Below are positions 1 through 28,084 of a stretch of 64,000 nt of DNA, one piece after another. The stretch lies in assembly GCF_009914755.1 (NCBI RefSeq), contig NC_060939.1, one strand, 5' to 3'. How positions within the stretch are numbered: position 1 is the first letter of the stretch; every line of letters begins with the position of its first letter. Source of the stretch: the human T2T-CHM13v2.0 reference genome, Homo sapiens. Made by a program: the position numbers and the translations under genes. Under the pieces are notes generated by a model, which saw only the letters and a program-made list of their open reading frames with translations, was not told where the DNA came from and made no database searches.

Positions 1-71
1 AGCCACCCGAGTAGCTGGGACTACAGGTGCAGGCTACCACGCCTGGCTAATTTTCAACTTTTTTTTTTTTA

Positions 72-372
72 AGAGACAGGGTCTTACTATGTCGTCCAGG
101 CTGGAGTGCAGTGGCTATTCACAGGCAGGATTCCACTACTGATGAGCACGGAGGTTCTGACCTGTTCCATGTCTGATCTGGACTCGTTCACCCTCCCTTA
201 GGCAACCTGGTGGTTCTCCCCGCTCCTGGGAGGCCACCACATTGATGCCAATCTCAGTACAGGCACCCAATCAGCACAGCGCCCTACAGTCCAAAACTCC
301 TTAGCTCAAGCAATCCTCCCACTACAGCCTCCATAGTAACCATGACTACAGACACAACCCATCACACCCAGC
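72..372 (-). pseudogene. Full-length 7SL (SRP) RNA retropseudogene (RN7SL-P family) in an EXD1 intron
   Basis: The reverse complement reads GCTGGGTGTGATGG...GGCATCAATGTGGTGGCCTCCCAGGAGCGGGGAGAACCACCAGGTTGCCTAAGGGAGGGTGAAC...GTGAATAGCCACTGCACTCCAGCCTGGACGACATAGTAAGACCCTGTCTCT. It includes the S-domain that Alus lack. Poly(A) tail appears as the T-tract at ~58-70. Confidence 0.93.
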
Positions 373-395
373 AACCCAACTTTGCGTTTCCTTAA

Positions 396-1315
<920 letters not shown>

Positions 1316-1688
1316 AATGTTTTTATTTTCTCCTTGTGTTATAATACCTACCTGCCTTATGGTTATTTATTAGTCTTTGTTACCCTTTAGGGAATCAAGA
1401 AAGGAAGATAAAATTCAAGAATTATTTTTAGTGGGCTGAGAATGCATTCCTATAGTGCCAGCTAGTCGGGAGCTGAACCAGCAGGATCTCCTGAGCTCAG
1501 GAGTTCGATGCCAGCATGGGCAACATAGTGAGACTCCGTTTCTGGGGGGGAAAAAAATGGGCCTGGCATGTTGGCTCACACCTGTAATCCCAGCACTTTG
1601 GAAGCCAAGGCTAGAAGACTGTTTGAGGTCGGGAGTTCAAGACCAGCCTGGACAATATAGAGAGACCCCATATCTTAAAAAAATTTTA

Positions 1689-1859
<171 letters not shown>

Positions 1860-1940
1860 TTACTTTTATTATCTACTGGTAACCAAGAAAATTTTGTAAG
1901 AAAAGCTAATAAAATAAATAATTATAATTATTTATCTATA

Positions 1941-2756
1941 TGTGGTAGGCTGGCCAATGGCCCCCAAAGATAACTTCTTCATAACCACAGGAACCTGTAT
2001 CTTACATGCAAAAGGGACTTTGCAGCTGTGATTAAGTTAAGGATTTTGAGATGAGATTATCCTGAATTACCCAGGTAGGCCCTAAATGGAATGACAAGTG
2101 ATTTTTTTTTTTTTTTTTTTTTTTTTTTGGTGAGACGGAGTCTTGCTCTCTCTCCCAGGCCGGAGTGCAGTGGTGCAATCTTGGCTTACTGCAAGCTCTG
2201 ACTCCCAGGTTCACACCATTCTCCTGCCTCAGCCTCCCGAGTAGCTGGGACTACAGGCGCCTGCCACCATGCCCGGCTAATTTTTTGTATTTTTAGTAGA
2301 GACAGGGTTTCACCATGTTAGCCAGGATGGTCTCAATCTCCTGAACTCGTGATCTGCCCACCTTGGCCTCCCAAAGTGTTGGGATTACAGGTGTGAGCCA
2401 CCGTGCCGGGCCTGAAAAGTGATTTTTTTAACAGCAAGGCAGACGGAGATTTTACTACAGTCAGAGGAGAAGGTGATGTGATGATGGAAGCAGGGATTAC
2501 AGTGATGCACTTTGAAAATGGAGGAAGGGGCTACAAGCCAAGGAATACAAGTGGCCACTAGAAGCTGAAAAAGGCAAGGAAACTCTCTCTTCAGAAGAGC
2601 CTCTAGAAGAAATCAGCCCTGCAAGACACCTTGACTTTAGCCTAGTGAAAATGATTCAAGACTTCTGACCCTAAAACAATAAAATAATAAATTTGCATTG
2701 TTTTAGGCCACTAAATTTGTGGTGATTTGTTACAGCAGCAATAAGAAACTAATACA
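1941..2756 (+). mobile_element. MLT1D-like MaLR solo LTR, interrupted by an AluY (~2102-2412)
   Basis: Begins TGTGGTAGGC, has AAAAGGGACTTTGCAG.TGTGATTAAGTTAAGGAT, ends TTTGTTACAGCAGCAATAAGAAACTAATACA. The Alu is flanked by an AAGTGATTTTT TSD. Confidence 0.85.
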
Positions 2757-3876
2757 CTGTTATAGAAAAAGAAATTGGTGAAAATTCTGCTTCTTGGACT
2801 ATGTAACTCTAAAAAGAAAAACATGAACAGATATGCCAAGGTCTTCATTAGACAATACGTATAAGATCTAATCAAGAAGCCTAATGGCCTCAAGGAAACA
2901 AACAGCAATTATGTTAGATTTTGGAGTAAGCATAAAAGCAATCTCTACAAATGGCAGCAAATACATTATAAGTAGATACATAAACAGAAAAAGTGAACCA
3001 AATATAGTAACATAAAATTGAACTTTTAGAGATTGCTGCTCAAAAATAATTGGCCAACTTATTAGTTCAGTTTCTCTCCAAAGGCTCTAAGCTTGTGTAA
3101 TCAAGATTTCCCTTTTACTATCATAAACCTAAAAGACTAGAAGAACCTGAAGAAAACATAATGAAACTAGTGGTTTTACTGCTCTCACAGCCAAACCAGA
3201 AACCCAGATCAGCTCTAAGAGCTAGTAGAGGTTCATGCCTTTACTTGGGTGGCTGAGGCAGGAGGATGGCTTGAGAGTAAGGGCTTGAGACTAGCCTGGG
3301 CAACACAGTAAGACTCCACTTCTAAATAATAATAACAACAACAATAATGCTGGTAGAATCTAGGGCTTTCTCATTTATCTAAGGTCCCCTAGAGGACAGA
3401 CAAATTATATCACTTCAGGCTGTTTGGGCCCACATAGATTTGGGGGGCATATGCAGGACGACCTGTACCCCTAAACTAGATGTCAGCTTGCCTTAATTGT
3501 CACATATGTGGTAGAGGCAGATATGTGATTGTTCATCTCATGCTATGTCTCCCATGTCAGGCTTCTGAATGATCCCTAAATTGCTCAAGTTTCTGAATGC
3601 TATGGAGTCTGAATCTTGCTTCTTTGACAAATTCTGGAGCAAAATGAGGAAAACATCTTTATAAATAATTTTAAGCAACTTTACTGCAGTGCTTTTATAG
3701 AACACCAAATGTTCTCACATATTGTACAAACATTTTACATGAAAAGTGAGCAGAAATGGAGCACCAAAAAAAAAAAAAAAATTAAAAAGACTTTCACTCA
3801 TCAGATGACCAGATGAGCCCTTTTATCTACAGGAGCTGTATATACTGGTTTGAATCCAGTGCTTCCCTTCATGTAC

Positions 3877-3957
3877 CTGTGTGTCAAAGACATTATTCAG
3901 CAAAATTCCATACTGATGAGAGAGGCAATCAGAAAGCCAACGACAATCATGGATAAC
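3877..3957 (-). CDS. EXD1: EXD1 coding exon (VIHDCRWLSDCLSHQYGILLNNVFDTQ), exonuclease-like domain
   Basis: ccttag|GTTATCCAT...ACACAG|gtacat; 81 nt, phase 0/0; translation matches recalled human EXD1. Confidence 0.96.
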
Positions 3958-4034
3958 CTAAGGAATCAGAAGGAAACAGTCATTAGAACCTGGCTGCTAA
4001 TCTTAATAGCACAGGAATCAGTTTATATACTTAC

Positions 4035-4139
4035 CTTCAAAATTCTCTTGTCTTCTAGTATCATCTGAAGTCCATTGTGGAAAGCTCGACTTCCCAGAAG
4101 GAAAATGTCAAATAAGTAAACTCGGCAATTTGTGGCCAC
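4035..4139 (-). CDS. EXD1: EXD1 coding exon (VATNCRVYLFDIFLLGSRAFHNGLQMILEDKRILK)
   Basis: ttgtag|GTGGCC...TTGAAG|gtaagt; 105 nt, phase 0/0; followed by a 77-nt intron (3958-4034). Confidence 0.96.
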
Positions 4140-4209
4140 CTACAATAGACCATCCAGACACACATACCATAGGATAAGAAAGAACTGAGGAAGGGAAATT
4201 TGAGGATGA

Positions 4210-6130
<1,921 letters not shown>

Positions 6131-6186
6131 AAAATAAAAATAAAGAAATAAAGAAATTTTACCAGTCTCATCTATGGCATTCTAAT

Positions 6187-9430
<3,244 letters not shown>

Positions 9431-9658
9431 ATACTCCAGGGAACACCATTTTAAGGTGAATGAACAGTATCTCATTATTAACAACTGGAAATGCTATTTC
9501 TCTGAGTTCCTTAATATGCATGATTGTTAGGTGTTACACAAAATTATTCATAAGAGAAGATCCCTACCCTCTAGCAATTTAAAACAGGCAACAAATACAC
9601 TGGCACAAATGGTAAGATGTCAAATATTCAATGCTGCTTACAGATCAATTTTATATAA

Positions 9659-9954
<296 letters not shown>

Positions 9955-11610
9955 TGAGTCACCGTGCCCAGCTAAGATTGCTTCTAATCACAAAAATCAC
10001 AAAAGCAGCATAGCTGGATGATCTACTAAGAGAGTAAAGACAAAAAACATCCAAACGCCAGGCGTGGTGTGGCTCATGTCTATATCTCAGCATATTGGGA
10101 GGCTGAGGTGGGAGGATCGCTTAAGGCCAGGAGTTCAAGACTAGCTGGGGCAACAAAGCAAGACCCCTGTCTGTACAAAAAACAAAAGAATTTTAAATTT
10201 AAAACAAAACATCCAAATGGGTCTAGAAAGCTAGGCATATGACAGTGTGATGCCACTTCTGTCATTTCAGGAGCTGAACTATGTTATAGCTACAATTGCC
10301 AGACCTACCTAGCACCCATTCTCAGAACTTTCATTATATATATATATATATTTTTTTTTTAATTTAATTTTATTTTTTGAGACAGAGTCTCACTCTGTCG
10401 CCCAGGCTGGATTGCAGTGGCGTGATCTCGGCTCACTGCAGCCTCTGCCTCCCGGGTTCAAGTAATTCTCGTGCCTCAGCCTCCTGAGTAGCTGGGATTA
10501 ATAGGCACTTGCCACCAGGTCCAGCTAATTTTTTGTATTTTTAGTAGAAACAGGGTTTTGCCATGTTGCCCAGGCTGGCCTTGAACTCTTGAGCTCAGGT
10601 GATCTACCCGCCTCAGCCTCCCAAAGTGCTAGGATTACAGGTGTGAGCCACCGCACCCAGCATATATATATATTTGAGATGGTCTTGCTCTGTCACACAG
10701 GCTGAAATGCAGTGGCGCAGCCATAGCTTATTGCAGGCTAAAACTAACTCCTGGGGGCTCAAGAGATCCTCCCTCCTCAGCCTCCTGAGTACCTGGGATT
10801 ATATTATATGCTCAGCTAATGTTTTTGTTTTTTGTAGAGACGGGGTTTCACTAAGTTGCTCAGGCTGGTCTCCAACTCCTGGCTTCAAGCAATCCTCCCA
10901 CTTCAGCCTCCCAAAGTATTGGAATTACAGACATTAGCCACCACACCACAAAAATTAGCCAGGCCCAGTGGTGTGTGCCTGTAGCCCCAGCTACTGAGGA
11001 GGCTGAGGCGCGAGAATCGCTGGAACTCAGGAGGCAGAGTTTGCAGTTAGCTGAGATTGTGCCACTGCACTCCAGCCTAGGTGACAGAGCAAGACTCTGT
11101 CTCAAAAAAAAAAAAAAAAAAGCGAACCCCTGATGTTTTCCCCTGCTACTTTAATTATAAAAATTGAGTAGATGCAGTATAAAAGTTTGGAAAATAATTA
11201 TCTGCTGTACTATAAACTATGGTGAAGATACCTGACCAGAGATAAAGATTAAATATTTAAATAATTTAAAGTTAAGACATGCTGTGGGAAATACTGACAG
11301 AAAGAAAGCAGATTAGGCAAAACAAAACAATAAAAATAAAGGTTTAAGAATTAAAGGTGCCAGATACTAAGAAAAGTGAGGAGCTGGAAACGGGGGAATG
11401 GGCTGAAGGTTTATATGAGGAGACGTAACCCCCCAAGTAATCCTCCCCCATTCCTCTCCCACTGAGGACAGATCATGTATTCTCTGGATAAATCTAACCA
11501 GAGAGGCTCTGGGGTTGACAATGTTTAGACAGAAGAGGGTGGAAGTTCAGTAGTGGCCTGAAAAATGAAAATCTGCACACTGAATTGTGGGCTTCTAGCC
11601 CTCTTCCCTT

Positions 11611-13411
<1,801 letters not shown>

Positions 13412-13884
13412 TCTTGCAGCTTCCAGGCTTGAGAAAACAGCCTGCATTGGAACAGGAGGGTAGAGGGCTCCAGGAGAGATGACTTCAAGACAAAAATGCA
13501 GCATAGGTTGGCAGAATCGTGTTTTTGTTTGTTTGTTTGTTTTTTGAGACAGGGTCTCACTCTCACATGCATGAGAAACCATGCTTGGCCCTAGCCCACT
13601 AAATTTAAGCATGTGAAAAAACTGTATGGCATCCTTAAAGATATGGAACAGCTTAGTCATAGGTATAAAGAAAACAAAGTTGGTTGGGTGCAGTGGCTCA
13701 TGCCTGTAATCCCAGCAATTTGGAAGGCTGAGCTGGGTAGATTGCTTGAGTCTGGGAGTTTGAGACCAGCCTGGGCAACATGGTGAAACCCTGTCTCCAC
13801 AAAAAATACAAAAAGTTAGCTATCACGGTGGGATGTGCCTGTAGTCCCATTTGGGCAACAGAGTGAGACCCCGTCTCAAAAAAG

Positions 13885-13942
13885 TAAGGAAGGAGGGAAG
13901 GAGAGAAGGAGGGAAGAGAGGAAGGGAGGGAGGGAGGGAGGA
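13885..13942 (+). repeat. Polypurine (AGGG/AAGG)n tract
   Basis: aaggaaggagggaaggagagaaggagggaagagaggaagggagggagggagggagg, following an Alu tail. Confidence 0.9.
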
Positions 13943-14357
13943 ATAAAATGAGGCAATTACTAACTCTATGTAAAACAAAAAGTTGTTCAAGAAGAGAAAC
14001 GATTCTCCTTGACTCAGCAGAGAGTTATCATTACAGTCGTAATAACATATAGACTAAATTTGGTCTTTTTTTTTTTTTTTTTTTGAGATGGAGTCTCATT
14101 TGTGGCCCAAGCTGGAGTGCAGGGGCATGATCTTGGCTCACTGCAACCTCCACTTCTCAAGTTCAAGCAATTCTCCTGCCTCAGCCTCCCATAAATTCTG
14201 AATTCTGTCTTAGTAAAAAATTGTGACATAACTAAGTTGGAAAGACCTAGGGAAGAGTGGGTGCAATAAAGGAGCAAAATCTTTATTTATCACAATAAAA
14301 TTGAATAGATTATGTGTAAAACTGATAAATCAAGAGAAAGCAATAAGCATGTTATTA

Positions 14358-17600
<3,243 letters not shown>

Positions 17601-17685
17601 ACAGTTTTCAAAAAGAAGGAAAGAAAAAAATCTACCAGTGGCTCTATAATTACTTCAAAATAAAAAGTTTTCAAAAATCTTTCAC

Positions 17686-17772
17686 CTGCAGCCAGCACAG
17701 TTTGCCATGGCGACATACATTCGCTCCTTCTGCTGCCACACTCAGGACATTCTGCTTCTTGATATGGAGTAT
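17686..17772 (-). CDS. EXD1: EXD1 coding exon (ILHIKKQNVLSVAAEGANVCRHGKLCWLQ), degenerate ExoI motif
   Basis: cttaccag|ATACTC...CTGCAG|gtgaaa; 87 nt, phase 0/0; overlaps ORF 17671..17931. Confidence 0.96.
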
Positions 17773-18582
17773 CTGGTAAGAAAAAGAAGGAAAGGAAAAA
17801 CTTTCAGGGAATAAATGTTGGCATGATAACATCATGATTGGCACAAATACAATGGTCAGCAGTAAACAAAGTGCATCATCTTTGTTAAACTTACAAAATT
17901 TGATTAATCCAAAACAGTCTGTTTTACACATGCAAATAAATCAGCACTGAATACTTCTGATTCTTTTTTTTTTGTTTTAGCAAAAGTGTTCCACAGCTGG
18001 AAAATAAATCACTCAGACCCCAAATGACAATAAGAGTTGAGAACTCAGACACCTTTTGTTACCACTGATGCTACAGAGAAAGAATCATAATCTGTTTTTA
18101 TATTTTAAATTGAGACAGAGTTTCACTCTTGTTGCTAGGCTGGAGTGCAATGGCACGATCTTGACTTGCAACCTCCACCTCTCAGTGGATCAAGAGAATC
18201 AAGTGATTCTCTTCCCTCAACCTCCCAAGTAGCTGGGATTACAGGCATGCACCACCACGCCCAGCTAATTTTGTATTTTTAGTAATGACAGGGTGTCACT
18301 ATGTTGGTCAGGCTGGTCTCAAACTCCTGACCTCAAGTGATCTACCTGCCTCGGCCTCCCAAAGTGCTGGGATTACAGGTGTGAGCTACCAAGCCTGGCC
18401 CTGAATTATAATCTTTAAGACAAGATTCCTCATGCAAACTATGGCATGCCCTAACACAGGGCAATTTACCACAACTGAAAGGAATATAGGTGGTGGCTAA
18501 GTCTCAGAGTATCCACTGCTCAGAAAGACAGAAACAAGGACTCTTCAGGTCCCTTAAAGCCTCGGATTCACTGAATTACTCA

Positions 18583-18762
<180 letters not shown>

Positions 18763-19649
18763 CTACTCAGGAGGCTAAAGTGGGAGGATCACTTGAGCCT
18801 GGGAGGCTGAGGCTGCAGTGAGCCATGATGATGCACTTCAGCCTGTGTAAAAAAAAAAACACAAAACACTGAAATAGTGGTACCCCAGGTACACACTCTT
18901 GTCCTTTGATTATCTATAATCTTACCCTATTTCATTATACAATTCTATAATCCTTAATCCATAATTCATAAAAATATTTGCATGATAAAAGATTCTCCCC
19001 ATTTTATAGGTAGTTCAATTATTCAATAACAGAAAGGCATAGTAATTTACACTAGCAACATATCTCCCTTTAGAGAGCATAAAGTGTTCTCAATTCTGAG
19101 TATCTCTCATCAATGATGAGAAAATGGCACTGAATTTCAGCTTCATTCCCAATCAGATGGCTGCAGAACCGGCAACAAAAGCTGCATTCTCTACTGATGA
19201 GAATTCCTAATTACCTCTTCAAACTTCCAGAGCAAAAGCTTCTTTTTTTGTTTTTTGTTTTGTTTTGTTTTGTTTTTGAGACAGTCTCATGCTGTCCTCC
19301 AGGCTGGAGTGCAGATCATAGCTCACTGTGGCATGAACTCCTGGGCTCAAGCTATCCTCCTACTTTAGCTTCCTGCAGCTTCGACCTCCGGGGCTTAGCT
19401 GATCCTCTCATCTCAGCCTCCCGGGTAGCTGAAACTACAGACCTGTGCCACCATGCCCAGCTAATTTTTTGTATTTTTTGTAGGGGTGGGTTTGCCTTGT
19501 TGCCCAGGCTGGTCTGTAACTCCTGGGCTCAAGTGATCTGCCTGCCTTGGCCTCCAAAAGTGCTGGTATTACAAGACTGAGCCACCACGCCTGGCCACAA
19601 GTTCTTACCCTCATTTTTTTTTTTATTGTTGTCACGGACACTTTAAAGA

Positions 19650-22110
<2,461 letters not shown>

Positions 22111-22165
22111 AATCTTCTGTTCAGTTCAGACTTAAAAAACAACCTGTTGTTGACCATCCTGGCTA

Positions 22166-22474
<309 letters not shown>

Positions 22475-22729
22475 TCACCTGAGGTCAGGAGTTTGAGACC
22501 AGCCTGGCCAACATGGCAAAACCCCATCTCTACTACTAAAAATACAAAAATTAGCTGGCGTGGTGGTGCATGCCTGTAATACCAGCTACTCAGGAGGCTG
22601 AGCCAGGAGAATCGCTTGAACCCAGGAGGCGGAGGTTGAGGTGAGCCAAGATCACCCCACCGAACTCCAGCCTGGGCCACAAGGCGAGACTCCATCTCAA
22701 AAAAAAAAAAAAATTCTGACTCTTCTCTG

Positions 22730-23550
22730 AAACTGCCAATGGCTTTAAGTCAAACTCAAAATCTTTACAATGTCTAGAAAGCCCTAAGTGAACTGCCTCC
22801 TGCCCCCTTCCATCTCCTACCATTCTTCTTCACTGTGGTCCTGTCACACTGACCTCCCTGCTGTTCCTCCACACAAGCCAGGAATATTTCAGCCTCAGGG
22901 CCTTTGCACTTGCTAATTCCACTTTTAAGTTCTTCACTTTTTTTTTTTTGAGATGGAGTCTCGCTCTGTCACCCAGGCTGGAGTGCAGTGGCACGATCTC
23001 GGCTCACTGCAAGCTCCGCCTCCCGAGTTCACACCATTCTCCTGACCCAGCCTGGTGAGTAGCTGGGACTACAGGCGCCTGCCAGCATGCCCGGCTATTT
23101 TTTTGTATTTTTAGTAGAGACGGGTTTTCACCGTGTTAGCCAGGATGGTCTCAATCTCCTGACCTCGTGATCCACCCGCCTCAGCCTCCCAAAGTGCTGG
23201 GATTACAGGCGTGAGCCACTGCACCCAGCCTTTAAGTTCTCCACTTTGATATCTACATGGCTCCCTTACTTACTCAGGTCTTTGTTCTAATGTCACCTCC
23301 CTAGAGATGTTTTCTCTGTCTATCCCACATAAAATAGGACCTCCTTGTCACTCTAGTCCCCATACCATGCTTTATTTTTATTCCCAGCACTTACTGCCAT
23401 CTAAAATAAAAGCACTTGTTTATTGTCTTGCATTAGAATATAAGCTCCTTGAGGGCGGGAACTTTGTCTTGATTATGGTTTTACCCAAGAGCTCAGAACA
23501 GTGCCTGGCATATAGGCATATAGCAGCCACCAAATATGTTGTTGAATTAA
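22730..23550 (+). mobile_element. L2 (L2a-like) 3' fragment with an inserted minus-strand AluY
   Basis: CTCAGGGCCTTTGCACTTGCT, TAAGCTCCTTGAGGGC, AGAACAGTGCCTGGCATATAGG...AAATATGTTGTTGAAT; Alu TSD TTTAAGTTCT.CACTTT. Confidence 0.82.
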
Positions 23551-23684
23551 TAGGAAAAAAAATCAAAAATCTTATAATAAAGAAATTTACAGCCGAGCGT
23601 GGTGGCTCATGCCTGTAATCCCAGCACTTTGGGAGGCCGAGGCGGGTGGATCACGAGGTCAGGAGATCGAGACCATCCTGGCTA

Positions 23685-23933
<249 letters not shown>

Positions 23934-23960
23934 CTAGTAATGATTGAGGACAATACTTAC

Positions 23961-24019
23961 CGCAGCACCAAACTTCTGCTGGAATTGATTAATGACTGTG
24001 TATGTCACCTCCTCTTCCT
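23961..24019 (-). CDS. EXD1: EXD1 coding exon ((E)EEEVTYTVINQFQQKFGAA)
   Basis: ttgtag|AGGAAGAG...GCTGCG|gtaagt; 59 nt, phase 1/0. Confidence 0.95.
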
Positions 24020-24656
24020 CTACAAGACAAGGATTGCATTAGATATATTTCTCTTCCTCAGCAACAGAATAGCTTTCTCAATAATTTTGGCCACACTCAT
24101 ATATTCCTACTGTATTGCAACTCAAATACCCTAAAATTGCAAAACCACCCTCCCTACGTACTACTTCTCTTCCTTTTTTTTCCTCCTTAGCATTTGGCAC
24201 TATTACAGTATATATTTTACTTATTTATCTAATTTAGCATCTGTTTGCTGCTCAGTAAGGGGAGGGATACCATATTTCAGAATCCCCAATGAATAAGTGT
24301 ACCCCAATAATTATGAGTACACACACAGTATGTACTCAGTTATTAAATAAACAAATGAATCACAATATTTTATCTTAATTCAGAACCCAGAAGCAATGGC
24401 TCAGCTTAGGATTCCATAGAGAATCTTGATTCAGGGTTACATCAACTCTAAACAGTAAAGAGAGCCTAGTTGAATTTGACTGACCTGGTTAAAAAAAAAA
24501 AAAAGAGAGAGAGAGCCTAGAAAATTCAGAGCCTCGGCTGGGCACAGTGGCTCATGCCTTTAATCACAACACTTTAGGAGGCCAAGGCGGGCGGATCACC
24601 TGAGGTCGGGAGTTCGAGACTAGCCTGATCAACATGGAGAAACCCCGTCTCTACTA

Positions 24657-24815
<159 letters not shown>

Positions 24816-24853
24816 TCAAAAAAAAAAAGAAAATTCAGAGCCCCTATATTCAC

Positions 24854-24981
24854 CTGATGGGCTGTACTTGAGGTCATTCAGCAGAGAGGTAGCTGGTGCT
24901 TCAGGGGCAGGAGAAGCAGGCTCACATACATTTAGGTCTTCAACTTTCATTTTCTCCATCCAGGTTCTTTCTGCATGTAGA
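24854..24981 (-). CDS. EXD1: EXD1 coding exon ((S)LHAERTWMEKMKVEDLNVCEPASPAPEAPATSLLNDLKYSPS)
   Basis: ggatag|TCTACAT...CCATCAG|gtgaat; 128 nt, phase 2/1; overlaps ORF 24816..25052. Confidence 0.95.
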
Positions 24982-25282
24982 CTATCCTTACAAGAAACAA
25001 TATTTGGGTGAACTTGTTCTTTGTTGTTGACACCAAAAACAGATTTTGCCACACATTAACGTTAAGGACAGTGGTCCTTCATTAACTAGAGGACCCATTC
25101 ATCCACTGCTTACATTGACTTGAGGGCGCTATCTAACAATGGAAGAAAACACCTATATATTTCTTCTCATTTCTATTTCCTTATGCCAAGGAATTAAGCA
25201 GCTGGTGAATTAGAGTTAAGGCTTTCTACCCTAATGTGCACATTTGGAAAATATCATAATTAAGAAAATTATTCCTTCTTAC

Positions 25283-25340
25283 CTAACAGAAGATGCTTTT
25301 GCTCTCACTGAGCCTTGTTCCACTTCATCTAGTAGTTCCA
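25283..25340 (-). CDS. EXD1: EXD1 coding exon ((V)ELLDEVEQGSVRAKASSV(S))
   Basis: ttttacag|TGGAACTA...TGTTAG|gtaaga; 58 nt, phase 1/2; first exon shared by both N-terminal isoforms. Confidence 0.95.
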
Positions 25341-25741
25341 CTGTAAAATAACCAAATGGCTTCCAACAGAGTTTCCAATCAGAAATCAATTAACTACTCC
25401 ACTACCCACACACCCCTAGTTTAACCATGTACTGCAAACAATAATTGGAAATGACATGTTAGTCCACGGAGGCTTTTACTGGCCAGCAATAAATACAACA
25501 GAAGAGACCATCTAAAGTACCAAAGACTCTCAGTATTCTATCCCTACAAAGCTTCTTGGTTATTTAGAAGGATTAGGAACATTTCTATACATCCCCTTCA
25601 CCCTTTTTGTTCTAGGGTACCTTTGTGGTCATTCAAGTTAGTTCTAGAGATTTCTTTCCCACCATCCCAATCCTAATGCACCTTCCTTCACATGGGTGCT
25701 GTTTGAGGGTTTTCCTTTTTTTTTTTTTTTTTTTGAGATGA

Positions 25742-25885
<144 letters not shown>

Positions 25886-26480
25886 TAACTTTTGTATTTT
25901 TAGTAGAGACGGGGTTTCACCATTGTGGCCAGGCTGGTCTCAATCTCTTGACCTCTTGATCCGCTCGCCTCAGCCTCCCTAAGTGCTGGGATTACAGGCG
26001 TGAGCCACCACATCTGGCCTCGTTTAGGTACTTTTCAAGCAAAAAGCCTCTATGTTTCAAAAGTCTCTTTTCTCTGTACTATCTAGAAGTATTGAATCTG
26101 GAGCAGAGAAAAGGTAAAATTGACTGAAAAATGCTGATTAGCCATTATTATCCTTCATCTTGACAATTCTTATCCAAGGTACTTTTGGGGACAACTCCTC
26201 CATGGTTGATTGGGCCACAGGACAAAGACAGAAATGACTATCCTTTGAGCTTAAAAATTATGAGCAAAGCCTATAATCCCAGCACTCTGGGAAGCTGAGG
26301 CAGGCAGATCACCTGAGGTCAGGAGTTCGAGACCAGCCTGGCCAACATGGCGAAACCCTGTGTCTCTACTAAAAAAATACAACAATTGGGCTGGGTGCAG
26401 TGGCTCACGCCTGTAATCCCAGCACTTTGGGAGGGTGAGGGGGGTGAATCATTTGAGGTCAGGAGTTTGAGACCAACCTA

Positions 26481-26723
<243 letters not shown>

Positions 26724-27434
26724 TTAGGAGGCAATGAATTCCGTGCATACAGATCACAAAGCCGGTCAGCCATCAGCCTCCTGAGTTGGGGAGGTGATAG
26801 CAGTGATTCCTTCACTTCTCTCTACAAACCCATTCACAGCCTAGCTTTCTCCAATCCAGAGCTCTGTTTCACTTCAAAGGCTGATAGTGAAAACACAATT
26901 AAGAACTCCAACTACCACTACTATCCCTGCCATTATAAAAGAATATTCAAGGGACAGAGTGTTCATGACAGCATACTCAATGAGAAAGAAATATGTAGCT
27001 GTCCAGACTTGTATTCCCTGAAGTGGCTCTGGATTGGCAGTCATTAATTTGGTAAGATTTTCATTTCCTCCTAAACGCTTGTTTTCTCACAAACCAAAGC
27101 AATCTTTCAAGCAGTAGTAAACTCTCATTTACAGGAGTCCTTTCCTTTCTTCAGATCTGCCCCAGAGTGAGAGATGCACAGTCCTAAGAGGTCCCAGAGC
27201 TCTCATTCCTCCACCCCTTCTATCCAGCTCCTGATCTGTACTCCTCCTTAAAGGGCAGAAGCAGAAACCTCCTGAGTCCTTGAAAGCAAGAACATTTCTT
27301 GCTTTCTCTTATCCTACTTGACATGTATGAAGCACACTGATGAGCTTCTACAGCTACTCTTTCAGGCAAACAATTGTACTTACTCTTGCTAAATGGTTTG
27401 TGCTAGCAAAAATAAAGAATAAGGCTGCTTCCTG

Positions 27435-27722
27435 CCATTCCAAAATCCGAAAATCTCTGAAAACCAAAATTTTGTTGTAACTCTTGGTGGCAAAACTTGA
27501 CCAGATATGCTATTTATAGTCCGATTTTATTCCACTTAGTATGACTGTCCACCCATTTCTCTGGAGAAATGTGTTGTATTATATAGAGGACTGCCCAGAC
27601 TTTCTGGAGGTGTTATGTAATATGAACACTATATACTCCGTTACCTTTTCCAAAATTCCAGAAAAATTCTTGATTCTGAGACATTTGGCCCCAAGGTTTT
27701 GGATGAGGAATTGTGAATGGAC
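27435..27722 (-). mobile_element. MER96B-like non-autonomous DNA transposon
   Basis: The reverse complement resembles the recalled consensus CACAATCCCTTATCCGAAACCCTTGGGGCCAGATGTGTTTC...CACTAAGTGG...GTTTTGCCGCCAA...GGTTTTCAGAG...GGATTTCGGAAT. Confidence 0.65.
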
Positions 27723-28015
27723 TGTGAATTTTAAGTAGCTTGCTTAGCAAGACAATCCCTTCCTGTTCACATTCCTAACTGCCTGCTGGTCCGAGTCCGT
27801 AGTGATAAGCACCAGCACACCTGACATTATAAAACCAAAATGATTATAATTCTATAAGACTATTTTACTCATAGAGTACCCACAGAAGCAGTAAGAAGGA
27901 TCAATTCTCAAATACCAACTTTAAGAATCCATAAGCACAACATTAAGACAAGACAATTTCAAATATTGGAATGAAATCTCAGTACTAGCATTTTCAAGGA
28001 ACATGGGGGTCTCAC

Positions 28016-28084
28016 CATTCACAATCTCATGCCCAAAAAACAACTTCACTCCTGGGACACTTCGACCTGTCTCCACATTCTTCA
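28016..28084 (-). CDS. EXD1: EXD1 exon 3 of long isoform ((V)KNVETGRSVPGVKLFFGHEIVN), second half of LSm/Sm-like domain
   Basis: gtaacag|TGAAGAAT...GTGAATG|gtgaga; 69 nt, phase 1/1. Confidence 0.92.

Noticed and set aside
3438-3476. Small hairpin TTTGGGGG...GCAGG-ACGA-CCTGT-ACCCCTAAA
   Set aside because: Short bulged stem with no match I recognise to an RNA family; expected by chance.
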